A stretch of 64,000 nucleotides of DNA from an uncultured Acidobacteriota bacterium (GTDB lineage: Bacteria > Acidobacteriota > Terriglobia > UBA7540): NCBI GenBank assembly GCA_963804995.1, contig CAWDSK010000006.1, positions 1,824,001 to 1,888,000 on the forward strand, written 5' to 3'. This document shows positions 21,166 to 32,084 of the stretch, piece after piece; position 1 is the stretch's first letter, and every line of letters starts with the position of its first letter. The notes under the pieces were generated by a model. That model did no database searches and was not told where the DNA came from. It was given only the letters and a program-made list of their open reading frames with translations. The translations under genes were made by a program, and so were the position numbers.

Positions 21166-22020
21166 ATGCGGAGTCTCCATTCCACCCCGACTGTAGCCCT
21201 GTTCTGTTTGGTTTGGGGAATGTTCTCACCTCAAACCCCCACAGTTCTGACCGCGGACCTGAAGCCTGAGACGCTGGCGGCTTTTGCTCGATACATGCAA
21301 ATCACAGAAGTACGCACCGCGAATGAATTGGCTCGGCCAGGGGCGTTTCTTTATATCGAGGGACTTCCCGAATCCGAACATTTACAAGCCCTCACTAGCC
21401 TTCATAAGGGCGAAATATTCATGAAACAGCTTCTCGCGCGCGATGTCTCTGGTGCAGCGATTGAGGCTCCGGGTGGGCTGATCCACGACTGGGTAGGCGC
21501 GGTCTTCATTCCCGGAGCGAACCTCCGCCAGGTTCTGGATTTGGCCGAAGACTATGACCACCATCAGGACATTTACAAACCGGAGGTGGTGCGCTCCCGT
21601 TTGATCCAGCACGAGGGCAACGACTACAAGATTTATTATCGGCTGAGGAAAAAGAAAGTTATCACGGTCACCCTAAACACCAACCACGACGTGCTGTACT
21701 TTCCTGTCGACGCCACGCACTGTCACAGCCGTTCGGTCTCGACTCGGATTGCTGAGGTTGTTGACGCCGACCAGCCCAATGAGCATGAGATGCCCGTGGG
21801 GCAGGATGGCGGATTTCTTTGGCGGATGAACTCCTATTGGCGATTCGAAGAGAAAGATGCGGGCGTGTACGTTGAGGTCGAATCGGTTTCGCTAACGCGT
21901 GACATCCCCACCGGCTTTGGCTGGCTCATCAAGCCCTTTGTGACCAGCATCCCGCGGGAATCTCTGCTTATGACGCTCGGCTCGACGCGCTCGGCTGTCG
22001 AAGCCAGGATTCAGAAGTGA
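21166..22020 (+). CDS. Hypothetical secreted protein
   Basis: Signal-like N-terminus; GLIHDWVGAVFIPG and GFLWRMNSYWRF segments look like a conserved family. Confidence 0.7.
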   Translation: MRSLHSTPTVALFCLVWGMFSPQTPTVLTADLKPETLAAFARYMQITEVRTANELARPGAFLYIEGLPESEHLQALTSLHKGEIFMKQLLARDVSGAAIEAPGGLIHDWVGAVFIPGANLRQVLDLAEDYDHHQDIYKPEVVRSRLIQHEGNDYKIYYRLRKKKVITVTLNTNHDVLYFPVDATHCHSRSVSTRIAEVVDADQPNEHEMPVGQDGGFLWRMNSYWRFEEKDAGVYVEVESVSLTRDIPTGFGWLIKPFVTSIPRESLLMTLGSTRSAVEARIQK

Positions 22021-22140
22021 GGAGTTAGAAAGCAGGAGTTAGGAGTTAGGAGTCAGGAGCTAGAATAAAGCTGCCCACCAACCAACTCCCGGCTCCTTGA
22101 TTCCGACTTCTAACTCCTGGCTCCTCACTCCTAGCTCCTT
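22020..22140. repeat. Heptamer (AGGAGTT)n array and inverted (AACTCCT)n partner forming a long hairpin between convergent genes
   Basis: Direct reading. Confidence 0.75.
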
Positions 22141-22147
22141 ATCGCGC

Positions 22148-23170
22148 TTACAGCGGCAGCGCCACCGGCCGCCCCTCGTGCGCGGAGATTTCCGATGCAA
22201 AGCAGATCTCGTGCGTCAGAGCGGCGTCTTCCAAATTGGCGTGTGACTCGCGGTCATTCAAAATGCAATCTACAAAGTGCTGGATTTCATCCTGAAACGG
22301 ATGGTGCGAGACATCGCCGCTGTCCGGCATTATGGTCGGAAAAGTAGCCCAACCTTTCTGCCCCGTCCAGCGTTTGGAGAAAACCTGGTTGTTCCGAATC
22401 GTCCCCTGATCACCGAAAAGTGCAACGTTGAAAATGTAAGGCTGGACGCACTCGACCGAGGATGTGACTTTCCCGATCGTCCCGTCCTCGAACTTCACCA
22501 ACGTCACGCTGTTGGGCTCGTACTCATACCGCAGCGGATTCTGCCGGCTGGCGTTGGCATAAGCACTCACTTCCACCGCTCGTTTGCCGACGAACCAACG
22601 CAAGCCATCCACCGCATGACAACCGGCGGTCAGAAGACTGCTCCCCCCGATCTCTTTCTTGATGTTCCATTCATACTGCGCGTACCAGGGGCCGAGGCCG
22701 TGGAGATAATCGACTTCGGCAAGAAAGAGATTTCCCAGGATGCCGTCCGCGAGAAATCCTTTTATCATTTCGAAAAGGGGATTCCAGCGCAGCACGAAGC
22801 TGACTACGGTTTTGACCTTCGCAGCGCGCACGGCGGCCTGAAGCTCACGCAAACTGCTAAGGTTGAGCGCCACGGGCTTTTCCAGGACCAAGTGCTTCCC
22901 CGCCCTCGCCGCGGCAATGCCCTGCGCGACATGCAGATGATGGGGTGTGCAAATGACCACGATGTCGATGTATGAATCCGCCAGCAGGTCTTCCAGCCGG
23001 TCGTACGGACGGCAATGCGGGGCGTGCATGGCCTCCGCCTTCGCCTGGGCTTGAGCTTTGTCTCGACTCACCACCCCTCGCACCTCGGTGTGCGGGTTCA
23101 ATCCAAACACCCGGAAATACTCACCCGAGACCCAGCCGGTTCCAATAATGCCCACACCCATTTTTTCCAA
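22148..23170 (-). CDS. Gfo/Idh/MocA family oxidoreductase
   Basis: GIIGTGWV, CTPHHLH, GKHLVLEKP, GCHAVD. Confidence 0.92.
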   Translation of the reverse strand: MEKMGVGIIGTGWVSGEYFRVFGLNPHTEVRGVVSRDKAQAQAKAEAMHAPHCRPYDRLEDLLADSYIDIVVICTPHHLHVAQGIAAARAGKHLVLEKPVALNLSSLRELQAAVRAAKVKTVVSFVLRWNPLFEMIKGFLADGILGNLFLAEVDYLHGLGPWYAQYEWNIKKEIGGSSLLTAGCHAVDGLRWFVGKRAVEVSAYANASRQNPLRYEYEPNSVTLVKFEDGTIGKVTSSVECVQPYIFNVALFGDQGTIRNNQVFSKRWTGQKGWATFPTIMPDSGDVSHHPFQDEIQHFVDCILNDRESHANLEDAALTHEICFASEISAHEGRPVALPL

Positions 23171-23184
23171 GGGATTCCTCTCTT

Positions 23185-26100
23185 TTACGCCCGCGCGCGT
23201 GTCAGGTAAAAGTGCACAGCAGGCGTGATGACCAGCGACAGTACCATGGAAATCAAAACGCCACCGATTACGGCGATGGCGAGCGGTTGCAGTATCTGCG
23301 CTCCCGCTCCCAGTGCCAGCGCCAGGGGCAGCATGCCGGCCACGGCCGCGAGCGCCGTCATGGCAATGGGCCGCAAGCGGCGGCGGCCGGCCTGCACCAT
23401 AGCCTCCTCCGCGGAAAATCCCACGGAACGAAACTTCTGATCCGCGTCGAGCAGAAGAATTCCATTCTTGGCCACGATGCCGACCACCATGATGAGGCCC
23501 ATAAACGACGAAATGTTAAAGGTGGTTCCCGTAACCAGGAGCGCCACAAAAACGCCTGAGGTGGAAAGAACCGCGGAAGAGAGAATTGCCACCGGGGCGC
23601 TGAAAGTGCCGAATTCGAAGAGCAGCACCAGGAATACCAGCACGAGAGCCAGCAGCAGAACGATCAGCAGATCATGAAACGACTGCTGCTGTTCGCGATA
23701 AGTTCCGCCGTACACGACGCGAATGGAAGGCGGCAGTTTCAAGTCATCTACAGCCTTCATTACCGCCGCGACACCGGTACCCAGGTCCACACCTTCGAGG
23801 CGCGCCGTCACTGCTACATCGCGCTGCAGGTTCTCACGCAGAATTTCCGTCTGCCCAGGCAATTCCGTGACGGCCGCCAGTGACCCGAGCGTGGCGGTCT
23901 GCCCGGTGGCGCTAACCAGCAGCGTGCTGTTCATGGCATCTAGAGAAGACCGGTTGGCGGCGGGAAAGCGCACGCGCAACGTCCGCGCCTGGCCGTTGAC
24001 GACCACGGGCGTGGCAGCCGGTTCACCCTCCATGATGGCGGAGGCGTCAAGCTCCACCTCTTCCGTGGTGAAACCGGCCCGCGCTGCGGTTTGGGGATTG
24101 ACTTGAAAAACCAGTGCCGGACCACTCGTGGCGTTATCGACCCCATTCACAATATCCACCACGGGCTTCTTCCCCCGCACCTGGACTTTGCTGATGGCTT
24201 CGGCCACCCGCGGCGCCAACTGGTTCAGCAAGTTCCCATCGGGGTTGAACATCTTGATCTGAATCGGCTGAGGGGCGCCGGTGAGATCGCTAATCATGTC
24301 CTGGAGCAACTGGGCAAACTCGACATCGACTTGCGGCTCTTCTTTCGTGACCTTAGCTCGAACTTCACTGATGATTTCATCGATATCGCGGTGGCGGTCT
24401 TCCTTGAGCTTCACCGAGATGTCGCCGGTGTTCGCCTCCGTGACAGCCGCCAGCCCGAGCTGGAGCCCGGTGCGCCGGGAGGTGCTTTCCACTTCCGGAA
24501 CCGCGCGGCAGATCCGCTCCATATGGGCGACCACGCGGTCAGTTTCCTGGAGTGAGCTGCCCGGAGGCATCACGTAATCGAGGATGAACCCGCCTTCATC
24601 CATGGCCGGCAGTAAATCCGTTCCCAGGCTGCGGTAACAAATGTAGGAAGCGATGACGAGCACCACGCACATCGCCGCCAGCCATCGGGGGCGCTCCAGG
24701 GCAAGCCGCAGCCAGCGTTCATAGAAGCGGATGACCTTGCCGAAGAATCCCGTCAGGGAGGCCTCTTCGGCGGCCATCAGGCGGCGTATTTCCTCCGCGT
24801 TGTCCGTCGCGGGAGCGCCGGAGTCCTTCGCCGGTTCGTCCGCCGGCCCCGGTTCATCCGGGTGCTTTCTGCGCACAAAGTACAGCGCCAGGTTGGGCGT
24901 CCAAACCAGCGCCAGGGCGAGAGAAGTGAAAAGTGCGACGGACATGGTCACGGCGAGGGCGCGAAAGAACGTGCCGGTGACACCGGAAATGGAAATGAGC
25001 GGCAGGAAAACTACAACGGGCGTGATGGTAGATCCCACCAGCGGGACGGTAATTTCCTTGAGCGCGCTATGGATGGCCTCCAGGCGGCCTTCGCCGGCGT
25101 CTCGATGCAGGACGATGTTTTCCACCACCACAATCGCATCGTCGATGACCAGCCCCACAGCCGCTGCCAATCCCCCCAAGGTCATCAGATTGAAACTTTC
25201 GCCCAGCGCCTTGAGGGCAATGAAAGTCACCAGCAGGGTAATAGGAATTACCAGGCCGGCCACCAGCGATGCACCCCAATCCCGCAGGAAAAGAACCATG
25301 ATGATGGAAGCCAGAATCAGGCCGATCAGGATAGCGTCTCGTACACTGTGGATGGATTGGGTGACGATGGTGGATTGATCATAGAAGGGCCGCAGATGCA
25401 CGCCGTGGGGCAGTGTCTTCTGGATCTGAGCAACTTCGTCGTGCACCTCCTGCGCAACCGCCACCGTATTGCTCTCCGGTTGACGATTGATGCTGAGCAG
25501 CACGGCAGGCTTGGTATCTGCGGTGACGATGGTGTATACCGGCTTCACCGAGGGGCTGACCGTTGCCACTTCCTGGATGCGGATGGGCACGCCGTCTTTC
25601 GTCGACTTGACGACGATATTCGCAATCTCTTCCGGGGTGTGGACCTGCGCGCTCACCAGTCCCAGGTAAAGCTGGTGATTGCGTTCAAGCAGGCCGGGAG
25701 AATCGATCAGGTTCGTACGCCGGACGGCGTCCAGAATATCGGTCACGGTCACGTGGGTCTCAAGCAGCTTCGCGGGGTTCGGGCTGATCTGGAATTCCGG
25801 CTCTTCCCCTCCCTGCACGAGCACTGTGGAGACACCATCCAAACGGTTCAGGCGCGGCTTGATCTCATAGGTCGCCATCTCCCAGAGGTCGGTCTGCGGC
25901 GTCGTATCCGAAGTGAGGCTGTAACCTATAATGGGGAAACTCGCAAACGTCAGGCGATGCGTTTCAATGTGCACAGTGGGTGGCAACGCGCTTTGCGCAG
26001 TCGCCACGGCGGAGTTGACCCGCTGCAGGGTCTGGAACATGTCGACGTTCCAATCGAAGTACAGGTCAATTTCGGCGGAACCGCGGCTGGTGACGGATTG

Positions 26101-26370
26101 AACCGTCTGCAACCCTTCCACACTGTTGACGGCTTCCTCCAAGGGGTGCGTGATGGTCACCATCATCTGGTCGATGGGCATGACACCATTATCAACACCG
26201 ATAATCACACGAGGGAAATTTGTGGAGGGAAACACCGCTACGGGAATGGTGAAGGCCTGGTAGGCACCTACGAACGCCAGGGTGAGAATGAGGAAGATAA
26301 TCGATTTCGAGTGGCGAACAAACCAGTATGGCGATTCCGATTTCAAGACCGAACCCTCCTTGCCCAACAC
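23185..26370 (-). CDS. RND efflux permease (AcrB/CusA family)
   Basis: GLVIDDAIVVVEN, GIVAKNGILL, RLRPIAMT. Confidence 0.95.
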   Translation of the reverse strand: MLGKEGSVLKSESPYWFVRHSKSIIFLILTLAFVGAYQAFTIPVAVFPSTNFPRVIIGVDNGVMPIDQMMVTITHPLEEAVNSVEGLQTVQSVTSRGSAEIDLYFDWNVDMFQTLQRVNSAVATAQSALPPTVHIETHRLTFASFPIIGYSLTSDTTPQTDLWEMATYEIKPRLNRLDGVSTVLVQGGEEPEFQISPNPAKLLETHVTVTDILDAVRRTNLIDSPGLLERNHQLYLGLVSAQVHTPEEIANIVVKSTKDGVPIRIQEVATVSPSVKPVYTIVTADTKPAVLLSINRQPESNTVAVAQEVHDEVAQIQKTLPHGVHLRPFYDQSTIVTQSIHSVRDAILIGLILASIIMVLFLRDWGASLVAGLVIPITLLVTFIALKALGESFNLMTLGGLAAAVGLVIDDAIVVVENIVLHRDAGEGRLEAIHSALKEITVPLVGSTITPVVVFLPLISISGVTGTFFRALAVTMSVALFTSLALALVWTPNLALYFVRRKHPDEPGPADEPAKDSGAPATDNAEEIRRLMAAEEASLTGFFGKVIRFYERWLRLALERPRWLAAMCVVLVIASYICYRSLGTDLLPAMDEGGFILDYVMPPGSSLQETDRVVAHMERICRAVPEVESTSRRTGLQLGLAAVTEANTGDISVKLKEDRHRDIDEIISEVRAKVTKEEPQVDVEFAQLLQDMISDLTGAPQPIQIKMFNPDGNLLNQLAPRVAEAISKVQVRGKKPVVDIVNGVDNATSGPALVFQVNPQTAARAGFTTEEVELDASAIMEGEPAATPVVVNGQARTLRVRFPAANRSSLDAMNSTLLVSATGQTATLGSLAAVTELPGQTEILRENLQRDVAVTARLEGVDLGTGVAAVMKAVDDLKLPPSIRVVYGGTYREQQQSFHDLLIVLLLALVLVFLVLLFEFGTFSAPVAILSSAVLSTSGVFVALLVTGTTFNISSFMGLIMVVGIVAKNGILLLDADQKFRSVGFSAEEAMVQAGRRRLRPIAMTALAAVAGMLPLALALGAGAQILQPLAIAVIGGVLISMVLSLVITPAVHFYLTRARA

Positions 26371-27749
26371 TCACTCCTTCGCGTCGCCCTTGCCCTCGTC
26401 TCCACCCTTTTCCGTTTCGGGGGCGGCGGGCGCTTCGATCTGCACTTTGGTCTTCTCCAGAACATCCGGGTCTTCTTTGGAGAGGTCGTATGCCCCGACG
26501 GTCACCACGCGTTCGCCCGCCTTGATCCCTTCCGTAACTTGAGCGTCGTCGCCATCGCGGATGCCAAGTTTCACGCTCCTCTGGTGCGGTTTATTCTGCG
26601 CGTCAACTACCATCACGGAGGTGCCGCCGTCCGGAGCAGTCAGGATCGCGACGGCGGGAATCACTACGGCTTTCGGCACCGTTTCCGCGATGATCGTAAG
26701 TCGCGCGCTGCCCCCCGGCCGTATCTGTTCGTGGGGATTGGCAGCCTGCACCCAAACCTCCACCGTGGTGCTCCCCGGATCCAGCGCGGGGCTTACCATC
26801 GTCACCTTGCCGGGAACGTCGTCCGCAATTCCGGGCGCCGAGATACTGGCGGCATTACCCACCTTGAGAGCCGCAGCCTGCTGCTGGTCGATGTGAGCGC
26901 GAGCCACCACCTGCGCAAGATCCATCACCGTAATCAGGGGGGAACCCGCCGCGGCCATCTCTCCGGGATAGAGCGGCCGGTCGGTCACTACGCCGTCGAT
27001 GGGGCTACGGATCTCGGCGAAGCTCAGTTGCGCCTCCGCGCCCAGATACTTTCCCCGTGCGGAACGTCAGTTGGCCTTCCGCGGATTTCAATTCCTGCTC
27101 TTTGCCGAATTTCTGGAGGGAATCCAGGTGTCGGCGTGCGATGTCATACTGATTGCGGGCCTGGATATAGGCAAGGTTGGCATCGTCCACGTTCTTGCGT
27201 GCCGTGGCGCCTTGCTTGAAAAGATTTTGCTGGCCCTCATAAACCTTCTGCGAGGACTGCATGGCCTGCTGGGCTGCCCTGGTGTCAAGCTCGGCTTTCC
27301 GAATCTCCTCCGGCAACGCTTGCTTGGTGGCGGTTTCATACGCCGCCTGGGCCTGGTCGTAAGCCCCCTTGTTATCGGTCACGGCGGCGACCAAATCCTG
27401 ATTCTCAAGCTGCGCCAGCAAGTCGCCGGCGTGGACGTGGCTTCCACGTTCCACAAAGAACTTGCGTACCGGCGCGCTGATCTTGGGAACCAGAGCAGCC
27501 TGACGCAGCGGATAAATGACTGCATCGGCCGAGATCTTGCGATCGATCTTTTCCGTCTCCGCCGTCGCCACCTGGACGGTGACGGTGGGCGCAACCTCAC
27601 CGCCCTCCTTTTTCGAACACCCCGGCCACGTTGCCAGAGCCAGCAAAAGAAGGCTGGGAATGATCGCTCGAGGCGTGCGGGCGTCGGGCGTGCATTCTCC
27701 GCGGGTCCGACCCGTATCTACGCAGCCGGGTTATCGAGTAGTCTGCCAT
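26371..27749 (-). CDS. RND periplasmic adaptor, frameshifted near 27062; start uncertain
   Basis: ORFs 27005-27646 and 26371-26988 join via ...EAQLSFAEIRSPIDGVVT. Confidence 0.85.
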
Positions 27750-27769
27750 GCGCTTGTCCCCAATCACGG

Positions 27770-29257
27770 TCAGAAGGATCCTGTCAGCGTTTGCAATTGC
27801 GCCAGCGCCAGCCGGAAGCGCGCTTGTGCATCATCATAAGCGTTGCGGGCCTGGGTGAGCGTGTTTTGTGCATCCACGACTTCCAGCGCCGAGGCTTGCC
27901 CGGCCTGATACCTCAAGGTCGTCAAGCGCGCCCCCTCGCTCGCCAGGTTGGCGGTTTCACGCAAGGTGTCCACCATCGACTTGGCCGTCTGAGCTTCGTT
28001 ATAAAAAGAATACAACTCACTGATCGTCTGCCGCTGGGCCAAGGTCAATTCCACGCGCGCCTGCTGGCGGTGGTATTCCGCCTGCCGAAGCTTACTGCGC
28101 AACGAGCCCCAGTCCCAAACCGGCAGATTCAGAGTTATGGTAGCAAAATATCCGACGTTGGGAAGAGGGCCCTTTTCAGGAAAGGCCGACACCACGCTGC
28201 GGAGAGCGAAGGCATTGGCTTCGATACCATAATCAAAATCGGTGGTGATGGAGGGCAGCAGCGCGGAGCGCGCAGCGGAAACGCCGAGATTTGATTCTCG
28301 CACCGCTTCCATGGCCACGCGCAGGTCCGGGTTCTCACGTGCCGCCATCGCCCGCGCGTCAGAGAAAGAGGGCAGGCTCTGCCCCTGGTCAAGGTCGTCG
28401 ACTACGGAAAAGTTTTCCGTGAGCGTGGGAAAAACCAGAACCGCAAGCGTCAGGCGGTCGTTTTCCATCTGCAACTGCGTGTCCCGCAAGATCGCCTGCT
28501 GCTGGTTGAACTGAATCTGGGCCTTGATGACGTCACTGTGCGCGGCCTCGCCCTGGCGTTCCTGGTCCTTCGTCATTGCCAGGAAGCGCTCCGACTGCTT
28601 CAGGCTCTCCTCGGTGGTCTCGTATTTTCTCTGTGACACCACCAGGGCGTAATAATCTTTGGTGACGGTGACCTTCAACCCGCGGTGGGCGATTTCAGCC
28701 TTGGCTTGGGCCAGCGCCTCGAGAGCTGCGCCCCTTCGGTCCCCTACCATGGTTAGCGTGCTGAGCGAAAAATCCTGGTGCACCACGCCCCACTGGCGGT
28801 AGACGTGGACGCCGTCTTGGGTGACGTACCTCCCCGTGGAAATCTTTCCGTTGCCCTGCGTGAGAAGGGCGGCCGTTTCGAGACCGAGCGATGGGAGCCC
28901 CGCCGCGCGCGCCTGGACGTGGTCTTCCTTGGCGATTTTCGCATCGGTGACTGCCGCGGAGTATTGCGCGTCATTCCTTTCCGCGCGGTCAAGCGCATCC
29001 TGAAGCGTGATCGTCAGGTGAGGAGAGGTTTGGCCAGGCTCAACCGGCTGCACGAGCTGCAATCCGCTCTCATCCGGACCGCGTGAATCTACGTTTTGTG
29101 CCGCCATGGGAGCGGGCAGCGCCAACACGTATAGCAACGTCCCCAGCACCACAAGCGTCGCTGTGCGTTCCCGGCATCGAACCTCGCGGTTCAATCGATT
29201 TGGCCTCAGGCGGGGAACCCAGCCCTTGCGGGTCCCGGCGTTATTTCCCACGCGCAT
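27770..29257 (-). CDS. TolC family outer membrane efflux protein
   Basis: ITLQDAL, LNLPVWDWG, RYQAGQASALEVVDAQ. Confidence 0.92.
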   Translation of the reverse strand: MRVGNNAGTRKGWVPRLRPNRLNREVRCRERTATLVVLGTLLYVLALPAPMAAQNVDSRGPDESGLQLVQPVEPGQTSPHLTITLQDALDRAERNDAQYSAAVTDAKIAKEDHVQARAAGLPSLGLETAALLTQGNGKISTGRYVTQDGVHVYRQWGVVHQDFSLSTLTMVGDRRGAALEALAQAKAEIAHRGLKVTVTKDYYALVVSQRKYETTEESLKQSERFLAMTKDQERQGEAAHSDVIKAQIQFNQQQAILRDTQLQMENDRLTLAVLVFPTLTENFSVVDDLDQGQSLPSFSDARAMAARENPDLRVAMEAVRESNLGVSAARSALLPSITTDFDYGIEANAFALRSVVSAFPEKGPLPNVGYFATITLNLPVWDWGSLRSKLRQAEYHRQQARVELTLAQRQTISELYSFYNEAQTAKSMVDTLRETANLASEGARLTTLRYQAGQASALEVVDAQNTLTQARNAYDDAQARFRLALAQLQTLTGSF

Positions 29258-29345
29258 ATGCTTCCTCCTATGCTTCTGTTCAATTGGATCCCCGAGTTCT
29301 CAAAAGAAGGTAATGATAACCTGATTCCATTACACAGGCATGACC

Positions 29346-30743
29346 TCAACGAATCGTTATCCCGCCGAAGTCGTACCAGCCGTCGGGTTGGAGACCCTCG
29401 CTCGCGAGCTTGATGGCGGGCTGGCCGGTCCGTGGGTCCAACAGCGCCACGCGCACGCGATAGTCGCCAGGCTTCAAAGATTCGGGGATATAAACCGGTC
29501 CGTCAAATACCGCGTCGCCCGGCAACCACTTGCGCACATCCACAGGCAGCTTGATTGCCGCGCGGCCGGTTGCAGAGTACAACTCCAATTCCAGGTCATA
29601 CGCGCGATAAACCGGAGCCACGCCAGCATTCAGCCACCACATGTGGACCGTCTGCATCGTGCCTGCCTGGACAGCCTGCGGATATTCCAGGCGGCGCAAA
29701 ATGAATCGGTAGCCCATCTTCTTTTGGAAATCGTCAAACGCCTTTTTCCACTCGGGGGGAATCGCGGACGATTTGAGATTCACCGACAACACATGCCAGC
29801 GCAGCGCCTGACTTATGATGTAGTCGAGATCCCAGCCGCTTTGTTTCCAACCTCCCGGCACCCCGCAGGTTTCAAGGGACACGGCGCTTCGTTGCCAGGC
29901 GTCTTGGATGCCGGCGCGGACAATCTGCTGCGGGTAAAAATCCAGCATGTGGCACCAGTGCGCGCCCGTGGTGCTGCGCATATCGCCCCAGCAGTCGAGC
30001 CGCCAGCCCGCACCCTGCCCGGTCCCATAGGCCAAGGCCTTTTCCTGATCGAAGTTCATCAGCAACGGGGTGTGCTTGAACGCTTCCAGCCAGATATCAA
30101 TCAGTTCTTTCTGAACTTCAAAGGCGGGCATGTAGGGACTCCAGCCCTCACCCCAGTAGCCCACCGACGAAACATCCACGCTTTCGAGATCCGGATGCCC
30201 GTCGTACCGCTCACCCGCGGCCGCCACCAGCGCTCCCCAGTATTTCATATACAAGGGGTCCGCAAAGTCGGGCTGCCAAATCTCGCCGTCCTTGTCGGTG
30301 GGTTGGTTGGCTCGCCGTGCGCCTGACTTGCGATACCACTCCGGCAAGGGGTGCTTCTGATCGTAGGGCATTAAGCGGATTGCGAGCGTTTGATGGTGCG
30401 CGTGCGCTTGACGCAAAGCTTCGTCCAGAATCTCCCAGCGGACCTTGCCCTGCTCCGGCTCGATCGCCTCCCAGAACCAACGGCAGTAAGAAATCGACAA
30501 CAGCGGAATATCCGTCGCATTCGTCGCCGGCGCCAACTTACCCAAGGGACCTTCTTCTGACCATCCAAGCGCCGCGTTGAGCGCATCACCATTGAAGCGC
30601 TGGAACGTCTGAATGCCCATTCCAGGATTCACCAGCACTGCGTCGATTTCCTTGGGGCGAACCACCACCGTGCCACTCTGCGCCACCGCGACAGCAGCGA
30701 GCGCGAACAGGCTGACCAGGCTCAAAACAAGTTTTCGCAACAT
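29346..30743 (-). CDS. Secreted DUF4832 / GH-A-like carbohydrate-active protein
   Basis: LVNPGMG, WEAIEPEQG, GYWGEGW, KMGYRF, NAGVAPVY. Confidence 0.75.
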   Translation of the reverse strand: MLRKLVLSLVSLFALAAVAVAQSGTVVVRPKEIDAVLVNPGMGIQTFQRFNGDALNAALGWSEEGPLGKLAPATNATDIPLLSISYCRWFWEAIEPEQGKVRWEILDEALRQAHAHHQTLAIRLMPYDQKHPLPEWYRKSGARRANQPTDKDGEIWQPDFADPLYMKYWGALVAAAGERYDGHPDLESVDVSSVGYWGEGWSPYMPAFEVQKELIDIWLEAFKHTPLLMNFDQEKALAYGTGQGAGWRLDCWGDMRSTTGAHWCHMLDFYPQQIVRAGIQDAWQRSAVSLETCGVPGGWKQSGWDLDYIISQALRWHVLSVNLKSSAIPPEWKKAFDDFQKKMGYRFILRRLEYPQAVQAGTMQTVHMWWLNAGVAPVYRAYDLELELYSATGRAAIKLPVDVRKWLPGDAVFDGPVYIPESLKPGDYRVRVALLDPRTGQPAIKLASEGLQPDGWYDFGGITIR

Positions 30744-30981
30744 GGCAGCAATCCTTATGAGGGTATTTGACCTCAGGCATTCTACTCCAGTCCTTCTGGG
30801 CTGCAAGCGACGATCGCGCAGGCTTGGCGTGTGCCATGTCGCGCTCAACAAGCCCTGACGCATGTGATTGAAATATGTCCCACGGACTTTCGCGCCACCG
30901 GAAATCAGCATGTCCCGCCACAACCCCTTTAACACGGACCTGCAACCCCGGACGGTCAATTTGCCCTCCTGCTTCGTTCCA

Positions 30982-31208
30982 CTAGTGTCCTGAGTCAGAA
31001 GTTCGCTGACAAAGTCTCACTGGGTTCAAAGGGGACCCCCTCACCCGTCCCGCCCCGGCTGATGAAAACGCCGAGGGCGGGCCACCCTCTCCCCCAAGGG
31101 GGCGAGGGCAGTAAATTCAAATGAACTCCCCCCTCGCCCCCTTGGGGGAGAGGGGCCGGGGGGAGGGGGTTTTCCAATAATCAGCGGACTTCTGACTCAG
31201 GACACTAG
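30982..31208. mobile_element. MITE, second copy of the 18677-18903 family
   Basis: CTAGTGTCCTGAGTCAGAAGTTCGCTGA / TCAGCGGACTTCTGACTCAGGACACTAG. Confidence 0.82.
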
Positions 31209-31314
31209 ATTTCGCTTCACGTTCCGACTATTATCGGTTCCTTCTCTGTAGCTTCAGTTCGAGGGTGGCTGCCGCCGCCTTGATAATCGCTGGAGAAGGA
31301 AACGGAGTTCCGCA

Positions 31315-31971
31315 ATGAAACATGTGCTCGTGGCATTATGTGTATCCTTCCTTCTGGCCGTGCCAACGGGGGCTCAGGCGCCCGCGGGAAACGGCTGGAT
31401 TTCCCTCTTCAATGGTACAGACCTGAATGGGTGGAAAAATAACGGACAGGAAAAATGGGTTGTGGACAATGGCTCCATCCTGGGCGAAAGCACGGTGGGT
31501 CACTACGGCTACCTCACGACGGAGAAGACCTACGGTGATTTTTCGCTGCGCCTGAAATTCAAACCCGAAACCGATGGCAACAGCGGAGTCTTCACGCGCT
31601 CGCGCATCACCGGTGACTCGCCCAAGACCGGCCCGGATATTGAAGGCATGCAGGTGGAAGTCGATCCCACCCGGCACACGGGCGGGATTTACGAGAGCGG
31701 CCGTCGGGGCTGGGTGGCGATGCCCTCGCCCGCCTGCGAAAGCGCCATCAAGCCCCGCGACTGGAACGATCTGGAAATCGCCGAAGAGGGTCACCACTAC
31801 GTCACGCGGTTGAACGGCGTGCCCTGCGTGGACTATATCGATCCGGATCCGAAGTTCACGGATGGCGTGATCGGTTTGCAGCTCCACACCGGCGGTGGGG
31901 TGAAGATCCGCTTCAAGGATATTTACCTGCTCCCTCTTTCGATAAACCCCGGCACACCCTCCTCGAAGTGA
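31315..31971 (+). CDS. DUF1080 (3-keto-disaccharide hydrolase family) secreted protein
   Basis: WISLFNGTDLNGW, GNSGVF, GLQLH, FKDI. Confidence 0.92.
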   Translation: MKHVLVALCVSFLLAVPTGAQAPAGNGWISLFNGTDLNGWKNNGQEKWVVDNGSILGESTVGHYGYLTTEKTYGDFSLRLKFKPETDGNSGVFTRSRITGDSPKTGPDIEGMQVEVDPTRHTGGIYESGRRGWVAMPSPACESAIKPRDWNDLEIAEEGHHYVTRLNGVPCVDYIDPDPKFTDGVIGLQLHTGGGVKIRFKDIYLLPLSINPGTPSSK

Positions 31972-32084
31972 GAAGCCAGCTCAACGGGAACAGGGGGAAT
32001 AAGGGGCTTTCAATCGATGACCCGATTCATCTTGGTAATCCAGAGAAACTCTGAAGTTTCACTTGGCACAAAGGAGGATTTGAA

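Noticed and set aside
24862..28294. Long + strand ORFs (785 aa, 431 aa) and similar antisense ORFs elsewhere
   Set aside because: They shadow well-supported minus-strand genes in high-GC DNA and have no recognisable motifs
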